Of a stretch of DNA of 64,000 bases, positions 13,593 to 27,499 are shown piece after piece. Every line of letters starts with the position of its first letter. Position 1 is the stretch's first letter. The DNA is from Octopus sinensis (Eukaryota), in contig NC_043002.1 of assembly GCF_006345805.1 (NCBI RefSeq), positions 43,958,001 through 44,022,000 of the forward strand, given 5' to 3'. Below the pieces are notes generated by a model, which was not told the origin of the DNA, did not search any database, and worked only from the letters and a program-made list of their open reading frames with translations. The translations under genes were made by a program, and so were the position numbers.

Positions 13593-15424
13593 ATAACTCA
13601 TCTTTAATACAGAATTATAGCATACAAAAATCCAACATGCATCTCTATTATGTAAGCATCTTTGATATAATAATTCAATAGTATAATGTACTGACTGACC
13701 CATATTGAATTGAGTGTGATACCAAATGTATCCAAAAATGTATACTATCATAATTTTTTCAAGGTAACCCACACTTGTGGAAATCAAACAAGAAGTGAAA
13801 TTTTAGCATCAGTACAGGGAACTACATAAATACAAGGAGGGTTAGAAAGATAGAAAGCTGAGGTGAAATATGATATGTTTCCAATTTGCTATATAAACTT
13901 AGATAACTTTTATCTATTTCTTCAATGTCCACTGAGGTCATCTTAAGTTTACATACCTAACTTCCTTAACATTTCATTTCATTTCCGCTTTGTAACTTTC
14001 TAACTTTGTTCATTCTTTCCCTTTGTATTTAAGCAATTCCCTGTATTGATGCTAAAATTATTACCAATTCAAGCACACATCTCACAATCCAAACAGGAAA
14101 AATGATATATCACTCTTCAAACATATATGAGCATCAAAATAAAAAATACATCAATTGGAAAATACTCTCATATAACAACCATACCAAGGTAGCAACAAAC
14201 CCTGCCAACTTTGTGTTAAGAACCAAAGTCTGAGCCAAGACACTTAACTAATCCCTTCATGCAAGCACAAAATCCTAAAAATATTTGAACATTTCAAACC
14301 AATAATTTTTTCTTACAGCTGAACTTGTAAATATTTCACAAACTATTCTCCTTTCATATACATTATAAACTATCCCCATAATAACCATAAAAAATATTTT
14401 TACAGCTTTACACTAAACAAATGCTGTAGAAATTATCTTAAAGTTTCCCTGTCTCTAACCAAAATCACAAGATTTTCTAATAGAAGTCCACAAACTTATA
14501 TACACACACATAGCCATATATATGCAGGTTAAAAGACCTCATTATTTCCCCATTTTTATATTTTTATTTCTAATTTTTAATTTTTAAATCAATTTCTATG
14601 TTTATTCCCATTTTTATGCATGAGTATATACCTGTCATAACAGCCTGCTTTTGCATATATCCATAGGCCTACAAAAATATTCTATAAAATACCCATATTT
14701 GAAACAGAATTGAAGAAATATTTATAAGTACATAACCCACAAACTCTACCTCCATAAATCACAAAGGTTAAAATTTCTACATATTAATTAAATTGCTTAT
14801 AGAACAAATCCCTAGAGAGAAACATACTAACCTACAACTTTTACACCTACCACATCCGTTGGTGAATACCAAAGCATAATAGAAACAAATTTCTATACTA
14901 GCAGCACCATGACATACCCAACTAATAACTCCTGTCTTCCAGATACAGACAGGAAATAGCCTAAATAACAATAAAAAGTTTTAAAAAATCGCTCACTAGT
15001 TAAAATTTATCACATGCTTACATTTTTTCATGAACCCTTAAAAAAATTCCATTACAAAAATTTGACACCCCAGTTAGTAAGTTTTTGAACTTAACTTTAA
15101 ACCTTTGACCTTTACATTGTCCAAGCAAAGGATTAAATCCAGTAAATCCCTAGATTAACTAAAACTACTGGCACAACCTACACCTACCTACATCCTTTTT
15201 GTGAACCCCTAAAAAATAATTTCATGAGCTGAAAGGGCCCTACTTACATGAATAAATTCTAAACAATGACATAACCCCAGATTTAAAGCACTTCTCTATC
15301 ACAACATACCTTACAACCTAATTACCACTCACTCAAACCCAAATAACCAAGGAAGGTTTTCACTCAACAGAAACTATGTAAAACCAAGATTAACTTCAAT
15401 GCATCACTATCTGACATTTTGTTT

Positions 15425-15725
15425 TATGTCCCCTTTTCAAGCCTAGCCAGGCTCATAGGCCCGGTTTCCCAGTTTCTGTGGCATATGTGTTCCCCACAGC
15501 TGGACGGGACGCCAGTCCATCACAGTATTACTCAAGAAACAAGAAGAAAGAGTGAGAGAAAGTTGAGGTGAAAGAATACAACAGGGGTCACCACCACCCC
15601 CTGCCGGAGCCTCATGGAGCTTAGGTGTTTTCGCTCAATAAACACACACAACGCTCGGTCTGGGAATCGAAACCACGATCCTCTGACCGTGAGTCCGCTA
15701 CCCTAACCACTGGGCCATTGCGCCA
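15425..15725 (-). mobile_element. tRNA-derived SINE (same head as 50760-50965)
   Basis: Minus-strand head GGCGCAATGGCCCAGTGGTTAGGG...GGTTTCGATTCCC (A and B boxes). Confidence 0.8.
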
Positions 15726-16165
15726 CCACTTGACAACAGATTAGCTGGCCAAAACTTTGAAGTCACTATCAATAAATACTCTTGTTTGAGAATAAGTTTG
15801 TACTCTACATAAGTATGGAGTAATCCATCAGATTAATGTAAAACTGTTTTCATTATAACTGAAAATAAATGCAAACATTAATATATACATACACACATAT
15901 AGTTGAACCATACATATATAATGTCCTGGTAATCCAATAAGTTAGCTTTCTTTTATTTGCATTAACTTGTGAATACACAATTGTATTATATAATGCTTAT
16001 TATACATATTGATGCTAACATATGCATAAGATTTATTTGCATACTGAAATTAATACTACATGATGAAGGTGACAAACAGTTACAGTCATATAGAAGTCAT
16101 ATGGATTAATAAATCTACATACACCTCTCACATGTCCTGACGTTATTCTTTATATACATATATGA

Positions 16166-16202
<37 letters not shown>

Positions 16203-16611
16203 ATATTATATATATATATATATATATATTCATATATAGAGAGGTTATATTTAAAACATAAAAAAATAAATATACCCATAGTTGTTCGAAGCACAATAAT
16301 AGGTTGTTAAATTCAGTATGTTATCAAGTTACAGTAAATATAATCATCTAAGCTAATCTATAAGAGTAATACATATTTAGTATAGGAAACAGGAAATTAT
16401 AAATTTCACAGATATATCATAATTTTATGGTGTTCAACATCTGTTTCATTGGGAATAAACATCATTAATTCAGTAGCTACATAATTAAGATAGATGATTA
16501 ATATAAATTAATTTAAATTAAATTATTTTAGAGCAATGTTTTTCTAAAATCATGTGGGATATTGTGGTCATAGATTCTTGCTAGTTTAAATACGAGTGAG
16601 AGAAAGAGAAA

Positions 16612-16644
<33 letters not shown>

Positions 16645-16816
16645 TATAATTCATATATGCACATGTACATAGGCATATACACACGTATATGTATGATGTA
16701 TGTGTGTATAAATACATACGTATACACATGTGTGCATGCTGATGTATATGTGCATATACACACATGTACATAGGCATACTCACACAGATTTGCATGTGTG
16801 TGTGTGTGTATGTATG

Positions 16817-16860
<44 letters not shown>

Positions 16861-17863
16861 ATAAATGAACATTCCATACACCCAGTTATAAAAAACACAC
16901 ATTTATACATACATACATGCATAAAGTAAAAAAAAAACATATCTTACACCACTACAGCTATGCAAATTTAATACTTAATAATAAAGACATAGAAAAGGTG
17001 AGTGTAAAAATATAAATACGTATATACACTATGAAGACAAAAGGTGATAACAAGAGTATTTCTTATACTGTAAGTATCTAAATGCAATACAGAAATGGAA
17101 TAGGCAACTTAAGCACTAATAAAAAAAAAAAAGTGTTGTAGTATAGTAATTCATGGTAGTGTACAGAACTGCAAGAATGCAAATAATACAGTATCTATTC
17201 ATTTGGCAGTATGTTCTTACAGATTCAAATGTGAATCTCTCATTACTGTCATTATTTGCCATTGGGGAACATCTTTTTTGAGGCACTGTGTATTCATAAC
17301 ACATGTGGTTTACCAGAATAAAGGGACTTCAAGAGACTGAGTTATTTTGACTTTACTCTGTGTGTGTGTGTGTGTGTACATATTTAACTATTATATATAT
17401 ATATATATATAATAGTAATATAATAAGAGTAAATAATATATTTGATGGTTTTTAATAAACCAACAATTATTTACGGGTAGATTTCAGCATGTAAATATAA
17501 CCATTAATGGTAGGAATTTTTATAAAAGTTCAAGATACATTTTTGTATATAAATAAAAGAGGCAGGCTACAGGTTGCTTAGCCACATACCGAAAAATTAG
17601 AAATAGCAGTCAATGACTGTTTATTTTTATTTTCTACAAATAAGACTCCACATACGACATATCCCTGTAATTCTCATGTGCAAAACAGAAGGAAGAAATA
17701 ACGAAAGCAAAGTCTGGTTATTTATGAACGCGTTTCTAGATTAGGAATATAAACTCCATATCTTCCATCAGCGTAAACCTCCACTACAAAAATAGATTTC
17801 TCGAATGCTACGTACCTCTACTTCCTGATCAGGCGACAAGTAGAGGTACGTAGCATTTGAGAG

Positions 17864-18905
17864 TGTAAGCATCTTGAGAGAAAAGTTGGACATAAGACGC
17901 ATCAGACGAGGTGTGCAAGAGAGACGACTCTGCCTGTATGGTCATGTGATGCGGCCAGCTGTGTGAAAAGTGTCACACTCTAACGGTCCTCAGCCCCCTT
18001 TTATTCATCATAGTCTTCCAGGCAAAGGAAGAACAGCGGAATTCAAGACAGGCTGCCTCTGTGAGCTTCACTATGCTGATGACCTTGCTCTAATTGCTGA
18101 GTCACTATCAGAACTAGAGGAGAATTTTCAGGTGTGGAAGCAAGGACTAGAATCAAAGGGCCTTAGAGTCGACCTAGCTAAACCCAAAGCCTTAATGAGT
18201 AGGAAGGCAAACAAACCACAAATCCCTTCAGGTCGATGGCCCTGCTCAATCTGTAGAAAAGGCATAGGTAGAAACTCCTTAAGATGTTCCCAGTGTAAGC
18301 TATGGACACATAAGAGGTGCAGCAATATCAAAGGAAGGCTAACTGGGAAGATAGTTTTTGTGTGTGGCATATGCTCAAGAGCAATAAACACTGAAAACAT
18401 GCAGAGAACAGCTTCCATCACATTCCAGGTAGAAAAACTACAAGTAGTTAATACCTTCCATTACCTAGGTGACCAAGTCAGTAGCAGGGGTGATTGCTCT
18501 GAAAGTGTAACTGCTAGAGTAAGGATAGCCTGGGCAAAGTTCAAAGAGCTCCTACCTCTGTTGGTGACAAAGGGCCTCTCACTCAGAGTAAAAGGTAGAC
18601 TGTATGCTGCATGTATGTGAACAGCTATGCTACATGGCAGTGAATCATGGGCTGTGACTGCTGAGGACATGCGTAAGCTTGCAAGGAATGAAGCCAGTAT
18701 GCTCTTCTGGATGTGTAATGTCAGTGTGTGTACACAACAGAGTGTAAGCACCCTGAGAGAAAAGTTGGACTTAAGAAGCATCAGATGTGGTGTGCAAGAG
18801 AGGTGACTGCACTGGTATGGTCATGTGTTCCAAATGGATGAGGACAACTGTGTGGAAAAGTGTCACACTCTAGCAGTTGAGGGAATCTGTGGAAGAGGTA
18901 AACTC
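17864..18905 (+). mobile_element. RTE-clade LINE fragment (RT motifs plus PHD-like finger)
   Basis: ORF 17970-18620: ELHYADDLAL, GLESKGLRV, CSIC...CSQC...HKRC...CGIC, FHYLGD, KGRLY. It is preceded by a ~120-bp fragment of a more 3' part of a related copy. Confidence 0.88.
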
Positions 18906-19329
18906 AAACAAATTAAGGGTGAGCTTCTGTGTTTCAAAAAAACATGATAAAATAATAAAAAGATTAAATGATTAATAAAAAATTAAATGATTTCTATAAT
19001 TATAAGAATAAGAAAAATGCATATGATTCATTCAATAACCAAAATGATGAAGATCTTAAGGATAATATGAAATACACAACAAGCAAAGGAAGGGAAATAA
19101 CCTTCAATGATCACCCCACCAAACTAGAACCGAAATTTATAAAAATGCAGCCTGCAAAAAAGAGAAAATAATAATTACAAAAATGATAATATTAGCAATA
19201 ATGCAAATGATTTAAATTTAAATATATATGTTGATGCTTAAGGTAGAAACAACAAATATGAAATAAGTAATAGTATAAACATTAAGACAAATGAGAAACA
19301 GAACAAGGAAGAAGATAAATCATTGGTTA

Positions 19330-19590
19330 GGACTCATGACACAAGAAATAAACATAACAAATTTAGCCCTGAAAATGAGACAAATAGGCATAGCATTGTT
19401 AATAAGGAAACAGCAAAAGATCCTGAAAATAAAACTTATGATTGCAAAAATAAAAACCAATGTCCATTAAAACATTTTTGTAGTGATAAATGTCTTATAG
19501 GTGTAAGATAATATCTGAGGGACAAAATTACTACTACATAGGCTCTATGGAAATTATATATAAAAGACAAGATAGCCAACCATGTTCTTA
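19330..19590 (+). mobile_element. Possible decayed Penelope-like GIY-YIG endonuclease remnant
   Basis: Reads KTYDCKNKNQCPL..C, then YIGS and K.KIANH across frameshifts, resembling the PLE CNCR.K..CPL...YIG.T..FK.R..NH pattern. Confidence 0.4.
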
Positions 19591-20575
19591 TTTTATCTTA
19601 TGTCCACTGTCTGGTGCAAGCAATGGATGATGTGCATTAGCCAGTCCCCATTGGTTAGCCTTACTTATGTTTGAGGAGCAACAGGCCCAGTCGAGAGAAG
19701 TGCAAGGATCCCGCTGGCAGTGGCAGGGTTCTGCCCTGCAACCTGCAGACGCTGTATGCCTACCAGCCTGATGGGAACAAGTTGCAGCAACAGATCAGAG
19801 GGGGAGTGCACCCAATGCCAGCACCCTGGGAATCAAGCACTGAAAAGGCGGCAGATAACCGCCCATGGAATGAGCAGCTTGGTCATCGGTGACAATGGCA
19901 CCTCGGCATGAATCAGTGGACTGAGTTCCCTCGCAATTAATTCCATCACTCTTCAAATGTAGGCACAGATAACTGATGGGGACAGCCTAATGTATCTCAC
20001 TCTCATCATGTACCAGACAATTGATATAAGATAAAATAAGAATTATAAACGAGTGAAGAAGGAATATATAATGCACGTATTTATTTGGCAAGAAAAAAAA
20101 AATGACAATCCTGAAATATAGCAAGATACTTTTTTTTTTATTTGTTCTTAATTTACATTCTCCATTTCTCCATTGCATTTTGATACTTGTTGTATATTAG
20201 TTACTCTTGCATTTTCCTTTCATCCTCAAGGTGTATCTATGTATTCACTTTTTACTCTCACCTTTCCTATGTCATCATAGTAATGTAAGTTTATGTATCC
20301 TGAGAGATTTATACACGTGTGGGCAGATGCTATGTTCATTTATGTACATTTATAAAAATACGTTTGAAAGTGTAGTTAATTATTTATTCCCTCATTTGAA
20401 TCTCTCTCTTTCTCTCTCGCTCTCCCTCTATTTCTTTCTCTCTCTATTCCTCTGTTTTTCTATATCTATTTCTCTCTCTTTCTAAATATATATATATATG
20501 TATATGTGTGTGTGTGTAGACATGTATGTACATGTGTATATTTATGTGTATCTGTATATATATATATATATATAG

Positions 20576-20965
20576 ATGCAGGCATGGCTGTATAGTAAGA
20601 AGTTTGCTTCCCAACCACATAGTTCTGAATTTAGTCCCATTGCATGATACCTTGAGCAAGTGCTTTCTACTATAGTCTCAGGCCAACCAAAGCCTTGCAA
20701 GTGGACTTAGTTGATGGAAACTGAAAGAAGTCTATCGGGTGTGTGTATGTATGTATTGTGTGTGTGTATGTGTGTATCACTACTGGACAACTGGTGCTGG
20801 TGTGTCTTTGTAACTTAGCAATTTGCCAATAGAGACTGATAGAATAAGTACCAGGCCAATAGAGACTGATAGAATAAGTACTGGGGTTGATTCATTCAGC
20901 TAAAATGTTTCAAAGTGGTGATCCATCATGGCCACAGTCTAATGACTGAAACAAAATAAAAGATA
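20576..20965 (+). mobile_element. tRNA-derived SINE copy
   Basis: Homologous to the 10112-10498 family; contains a short internal duplication (ccaatagagactgatagaataagtac twice). Confidence 0.75.
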
Positions 20966-22184
20966 TATCTGATTTCCTCTGTGCTGCTAACCATTTAGTC
21001 AAATATCTGAAATGTTGTGGCTCTATTTCTTCTGTTTCTCACTACAACACCTGGTTTCTGTGCTTGTCTTTTTTTTCCCCCCTAAGCAGTTTCACTTTCA
21101 TTTTATTTCATCGACATGGTGTGTGGTGTAAACAACTTATTTAAAATTCTGTTTGCTCTGTTATAAATAATCTAATATATAACAAGCTGGTGCTGGTTTT
21201 TACACCTTCGAAAATACGGTTTACTATTTGTAACATAAATGCATCAAAACTATTTTACTTAGTACTAAAGAAAATCATTGAACCATAAAAAACAACTCTT
21301 GCCAAATAAAACATTTATTCAACCCTTAACAGATTTGAGAGACTTATTGAAGATTATAGCTATGGCGTTGACTGTTTGAAACATTTATTGACCAAATAAC
21401 CAGCACCTAATGAATTGAATTTATAGCAAAGAAAATCTATAAAATTATTACTCTAAACTGAATAGCATTTGTTTTAGAAGCCAGAAACAGTTTTGAATTT
21501 TACTATACATTGTTTTATTTATATAGTTAGTTTTTTCTCCCACCAAAAAACTTTGGTGAATGTTTGTAAAGAAAACTTCCATCGCTGTCAATATGAATTT
21601 ATGTCTTCTCTTTGACTGAAATCGAAATACAGTTTGTTTTTTCTTGTTTTTGTCCTCCACTTTTTATTGACAAGAAAATAAAAGTAAAACGTAGCTTTAT
21701 GTCATGTTAGTGAGCTAATGAACTGAGACTGATGTACACCATGAAGCCTTCGTAAAGTTATATATGCTTTCTTTGACACCTAGCAATAACACATAGAAAT
21801 TTCTTTAGAAAAAAAAGGCAATTTCTATAATATATGTATTCATTTTCAGAAAAGAAGAATCACTATTTTTGGCAAAATTCATCTTTTTCACTATACCTTT
21901 TAAATGTCTTTTCTTTGAGTATTTTAAAGTATTGTTGATTATATTAAAGATACAGTATGTTTTAAGTCTATTCAGAGAGTCATGACCTGCATGTAAATTT
22001 ACCAACCAGTGAAGAAGACTAATTTATATGAAGGAAAAAAATACTTTACATTTCTTTTTTCCTTTCCTTTTCTTTCTTTTTTTTTATGCTGTTAATTTTG
22101 TTTTATATTTTGAATATATCATCTTTAAGTTTGGTAGATTTTGTATAAATCATGCTTAAATTTTGTGTATCTGTTATATTTCAG

Positions 22185-22341
22185 AATCACTGAGAAAGCT
22201 CTTCAACCTTTAAAGTTACAACTGACCACCTTGGATGAAGCAATAAAAGAACAACTAGATATCATTGCCACAATAAAAGCTAATGTTATTCACAATGACA
22301 GTCGCATTGAAGCTATGTTACATTCTGTTGCCAAATTGTAA
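22185..22341 (+). CDS. TRAF3IP1: TRAF3IP1 / IFT54 terminal coding exon
   Basis: Acceptor tatttcag ends at 22184. GA+A restores Glu in frame, then ITEKALQPLKLQLTTLDEAIKEQLDIIATIKANVIHNDSRIEAMLHSVAKL*, which aligns with human [44 protein letters not shown]. Stop TAA at 22339-22341. Confidence 0.93.
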
Positions 22342-22469
22342 ATAAAGGACATCCCATGAATTAGAGTGATATATTTCATTGATGATTCATATTAATTTAA
22401 TAACAAATTAGGAATGCTATGCACAAACTGTATGTAAGCTGTAAGTCTTTGTTTCTATAGACAAATAAA
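22341..22469 (+). promoter_or_regulatory. Candidate polyadenylation signals of TRAF3IP1
   Basis: AATAAA at 22341-22346 (overlapping the stop codon) and at 22464-22469, followed by T-rich sequence. Confidence 0.4.
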
Positions 22470-22765
22470 TTACCCTGTCTTATTTTCATTACTCTGCTAT
22501 TCTGTGATAATTTGTTATTAGCAAAAACATATTTATTGAAATTTCTTCTTTTGTTCTTTCTTTTTACTCGTTTCAGTCATTAGACTGTGACCATTTGGGG
22601 CACCACCTTGAGGAATTTATAGTTGAATGAATTGACCCTAGTACTTATTTTTTTTAAAGCCTGGTACTTACTTAACCAGTCTCTTTTGTCAAACTGCTAA
22701 GTTATGGGGATGTAAACACACCAACTCTGGTTGTCAAGTGTTGGTGGGAGACAAACACACACACA

Positions 22766-24670
22766 CATCATCATCATCTTTTAACGTCTGCTTTCCATGC
22801 TGGCATGGGTTGGATGGTCTGACTGAGAGCTGGCGACCCAGAAGGCTGCACCAGTCTCCTATCTGATCTGGTAGAGTTTCTATAGCAGGATGCCCTTCCT
22901 AATGCCAACCACTCTGAGAGTTTAATGGGTGCTTTTACATGCCACCAGCATGAGGGCCAGTCAGGCAGTACTGGCATTGGCTATGCTCAAATGGTGTTTT
23001 TTACATGTCACCTGCACAGGAGCCAGTCCTGTGGCACTGGCAATGACCACGCTCGAATGGTACTTTTTTTACGTGCCACCAACATGGGTGCCAGTCAGCG
23101 GCCCTGGTAACGATCACACTCGAATGGTGCTTCTAACGTTCCACTGGCACAGGTGCCAATCAGGTGGTACTGTCATCAGCCACGACAGCAATTTCACTTG
23201 CCTCAGTAGGTCTTCACAAGCATAGTTTATTGTCCAATGATTGAACAGTACTCTTAAATGGGCTGGTTATACAGCACTGGCATAGGCCATGGTTATGGTT
23301 TCACTTGGCTTGCTGGGTCTTCTCAACCACAGCATATCTCCAAAGGTCTTGGTCATTTGTCATTGCCTTGGTGAGGCCCAATGTTTGAAGGTCGTGCTTC
23401 ACCACCTCATCCCAGGTTTTCCTGGGTCTACCTCTTCCACAAGTTCCCAATCAACTGCTAGTGTGTGACACTTTTTCACACAGTTGTCCTCATCCATTTG
23501 CAACACATGACCATACCAGTCTACCTTTTACTCTGAGTGAGAGGCCCTTTGTCACCATCAGAGGTAGGAGCTCTCTGAACTTTGCCCTGGTTATCCTTAC
23601 TCTAGCAGCTACACTTTCAGAGCATCCACCCCTGCTACTGACTTGGTCACCTAGGTAATGGAAGCTATCAACTACTTGTAGTTTTTCTACCTGGAATGTG
23701 ATGGAAACTCTTCTCTGCCTGTTTTCGGTGTTTATTTCTATCTTTCCCATTTCCTGGCAAGGATGTAGCCAATTTGACTAGTGTGTCTACCAGATCGGTA
23801 TGTGAATAGGTGACTGGCAGGTTTTCTGAAGTTAGTGTTACAAAGGTCATTTGCATCACAGAACTCCAGCAGCTTGGTTCCCTCCTCATTGCAGGAACCA
23901 AGACCATAGCCTCCATCTACGCCATGGAAGCCCCCTGACTGTTGTCTAACATGCCCATTGAAGTCAACAGCCACAAAGAGAAGGTCCCTGTCATTTGTCG
24001 ACAAGGTAGTCTGCAAGAAGGTGTCATAAAGTTGGTATTTCTGTCCATCAGGTAGCCCTGGCTGAGGGGCATAGGCCAAGATAATGGTTGCTAATCTAAT
24101 CTTAAGTATTCTATCGCAGATTCTGACTACCTTGATTATCTTATCAACCCATTTCTCTGCAAGAAGTATACCCACGCCCCCGACCCCGTCAGTGTTCCCT
24201 GCCCAGAAAATCTTATACCTATGTTCTTTGCCTGTGTGGAACCTAACAGAACCACCTCTCCACCTTCTTGGATGCAGCACAAATTTACGCATCTCTGTTC
24301 AAGCATCTCAACAATCTTGCCAGACCTACCTTTCAGTGTGCCAACCCTGAGAGTGTGGGAGGTGTGGGCCCATGAGACCCTGGTACGAGGTACAGCAGCA
24401 TCGTGAACCTGAAAAGAAAGCTCACATTTGTATGTACAATAGTCTTCAACCTGCACACACCAAACCATCATTTTTATGTGCTATATGATCGCTACCTTAC
24501 ATAGGAGATAAACCCTAAGTCGGGAGGTGGGGGCATTAAGCCTTTAGAAGTGTTCATGGAAGACACCCGATAGAGGTCAGAGGATCGAGACTTCTAGTAC
24601 AGGTGGTGAGGTTGGGAGGGGAGGCGCACTGCGAAATGGCAGAGAAACTCAAGTTACCGGTGTCAGAGAA
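22766..24670 (-). mobile_element. Internally deleted RTE LINE retaining the AP-endonuclease N-terminus and the 3' end
   Basis: APE motifs RVGTL..GRSG.IVEMLE..CCIQE, GVGILL, AYAPQ and VDFNGHV at 23760-24390, joined to the post-RT region (FHYLGDQV...KGRL) and a (TGA)n tail at 22766-22777. The 5' boundary is approximate. Confidence 0.85.
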
Positions 24671-27012
24671 TATTATGATAATAGTGAGATAGAATTGGGC
24701 ATTTGAAAATTTTAACTAGAGCTATAACCAAGAGTTTTCGGTCAGCCAATCTGTGACAAAATTAGATGAACAAATGAATAAGTGACTATAATAAATGAGG
24801 GGGAAAGAGAGAGAATTGGATCGAGCAAAAGGTTTCTTAAGTGTGTTTTTTTTAAGCATACAGCATGGAAGACGAAACTATGATTACATAGGTAATGAAA
24901 TAGAATAATGAAATGAACTAATAAGCTAATTATGATGATCTATACTGAAAGAGAAGGATTAGAGATGTACAAGGTTGAAAGAACAAGATTGCTTATCTGA
25001 ACATCTGATTTTCTACTCTTTTGGCAAGGTAATTAAAATGAGTTAGGGGAATCTGAGTGAGCTAGTTTATATAGGGTGATCCAGAAGTGTGCATCTGCCA
25101 CAAAGGGTTTCGCTATAATCATTTTATAAACTGAAATAGGGTAGTACATCTAAAACTTTTGCTTCATATTGTTATTCATACAAATATTTAGAAATTTAAC
25201 TGTCAACAATCTTTTTTTGTAACTACAAGACTTATGATTCATATCTAAAAATTTATGTAAGTGATTGTACTGTAGGAAATTATTACATCTTCATTCAAAT
25301 GCTAATGAATCCTTGGTTATCTATCAAATTAGATGCAAATTACTAGCCTACCTATTCAAAACACAGTTAAGTCTAAATGAGACATACAGTGCCTAATCAA
25401 AAGGCATAGACTGTATTCTGGAAATGTATTTAATCAAAGTATTGTATTTGCATTTAATCAGAATAATCTGCTATATCAATGACTATAACTGAAGAACCAT
25501 GACTCCCAATACAAATAATGAATGTCTTACGTAAGCATATTGATCCAAACTAACTTTTGAATCTCTAATGAGTGCTTCGTTGTCATTGAATTTTCCTGTT
25601 GCATAACTTGGTGTTAAATATTTAATTTCCAAAATTCTACTGATTGAGTAAATCAATATCTGGCTACTTGAAACTACAAATACAAATAGCATGACACGCA
25701 TGTTTCATATAACAATCAAACATTAACTAATTTTCAATACAGTTAGATTTTTTTGTGGCGGCGTTTTGCGATATTGTTAGATAGAAATATATATTTTGTT
25801 CGAATGAATGGAAAACATTTCTCTAAGGCTTTCCTTAATTGAAATCGAGAATTTTTTTTCTGCAGAATGAAATATTCCCAAAGGCTGGAGCCAACAGAAC
25901 CAATATTAAACATGAAATTACTCTCATTTCAAATTTATAATCCTAGGTTCAAAATTTAACAATACAAATTATTAAATAATGAAGACTCCTCATAACTTTT
26001 AACAAGAATTATTTAAAAAAAATGGATAAAACATATACTTTCCATTCTCTGTCGTAGCTCCTACACTAAAGATTACATGACTGTAATCACTTTTGCTTTC
26101 TCTCTCTCTCTTTCTCCCTCATTTTCTCTCTCCCTCTCACCCAATAAAATAAAGTACCACTCAAATACTGGTACCAAGTTGATCAATTAACCAGTTCCTC
26201 TATCACATTTATAACCTAAGTTAGGGTTAGAAATCATAGCAACACTTAACTGATGGCTAACAAGTGAATTATTCTCACAACAAAACTGTCTTCATCAAGT
26301 AGCTTTGTGATCAGGTGTTTTTATTTATTTATTTACTTACTATACATAATTCTTTCTACTAATGGCACAAGGCCTGAAATTTGGGGAGAAGGGACTAGTC
26401 AATTATATCAGCCTCAGTGTTTCACTGGTACTTAATTTGTTGACCCCCAAAAGGATGAAAGGCAAAGCCAACCTTGGTGATATTTGAACTGATGCCGCTA
26501 AGCATTTCGTCCAGCATGCTAACAATTCTTATTTCTTTATTGCCCACAAGAGGCTAAACACAGGGGACAAACAAGGACAGACAAACGGATTTAGTTGATT
26601 ACATTCTTTGAGTGCCCTTGTTAGATATATTTTCAGTTACTATTCATGGAATCAGAGTTGTTTGGCAAAACGTGTCTTGGTAACATGTAAATCATTTCTG
26701 TGTGCAGGTTCACTCCTACTACGAAACACCTTGGGCAAGTGTCGTCTACTATAGCTTCGGATCGACCAGTGCTTTGAGAATGAGTTATGTTATTTAAAAC
26801 CACGTGGAACCCCATTGCGTGTGTGTGTGTGTATGTGCATGCATGTACGTGCATGTGTGTGTGTCAATGCAGACATGTAATTTATTTATTGTAAAATATA
26901 ATAAAATAAACTATTTTTGTTTCATTAAGTTGTGAAACAATTGTCGTTTTATAAGAATTTCCAATGATTAAATAAATTTTATCATTCTATATTTCTCTCG
27001 TTAGTTATAACT

Positions 27013-27053
<41 letters not shown>

Positions 27054-27139
27054 AATCCAAACGGGAAACAAAAAAACAACAACAATGGAACAATTACAGT
27101 ATTATTATTAATAGGCGCTCAGGAAAAGGAAGCAGGGAG

Positions 27140-27174
27140 GTATGACGTTTCGAGCGGAGCTCTTCGTCGGAAAC
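27140..27174 (-). ncRNA. Minimal hammerhead-like motif (U4C variant) in pLTR; second copy at 33275-33309
   Basis: Minus strand GTTT-CCGACGA-A-GAGC-TCC-GCTC-GAAA-C-GTC-ATAC; stem I is imperfect. Confidence 0.5.
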
Positions 27175-27499
27175 ATAAAGAAGGAAGAGAGAGGAAAGAA
27201 AGATCCCAGAGCGGGCAACAGGGAAAGAGAAAAAAGACGACTGGTGTTTACGAGTTGCACATGGTGAAAGGCGGATGTTTACGAAAACAGAGCAAAGTGG
27301 GTTTTTAAAGGCAAAAGAGTGGAGACAAGGTTGGTAACGCAACAGATGTGTGTGTATGTGTGAGTGTGTGCGTGTGCATGTGTGTATGTGTGTGTGTGAG
27401 GCGAGATGAAAAAACAAAAAAATATATATGTGTGTGTTAGTGTGTGCGTCTGTGTGTAGGTGTGTGAGGTAGGGCGAGATAGTAGTCAGCTTAGCAGAC

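Noticed and set aside
13800-15400. G-poor, strand-skewed stretch suggestive of a NUMT or decayed PLE
   Set aside because: No mitochondrial gene or tRNA is recognisable, and only one weak PLE-like motif appears; not supportable without a search.
25520-25701. Minus-strand 72-aa ORF with a GTAAGA donor-like site
   Set aside because: No homology, the donor lies in a palindrome (CTTACGTAAG) that reads equally on both strands, and no compatible partner exon was found.
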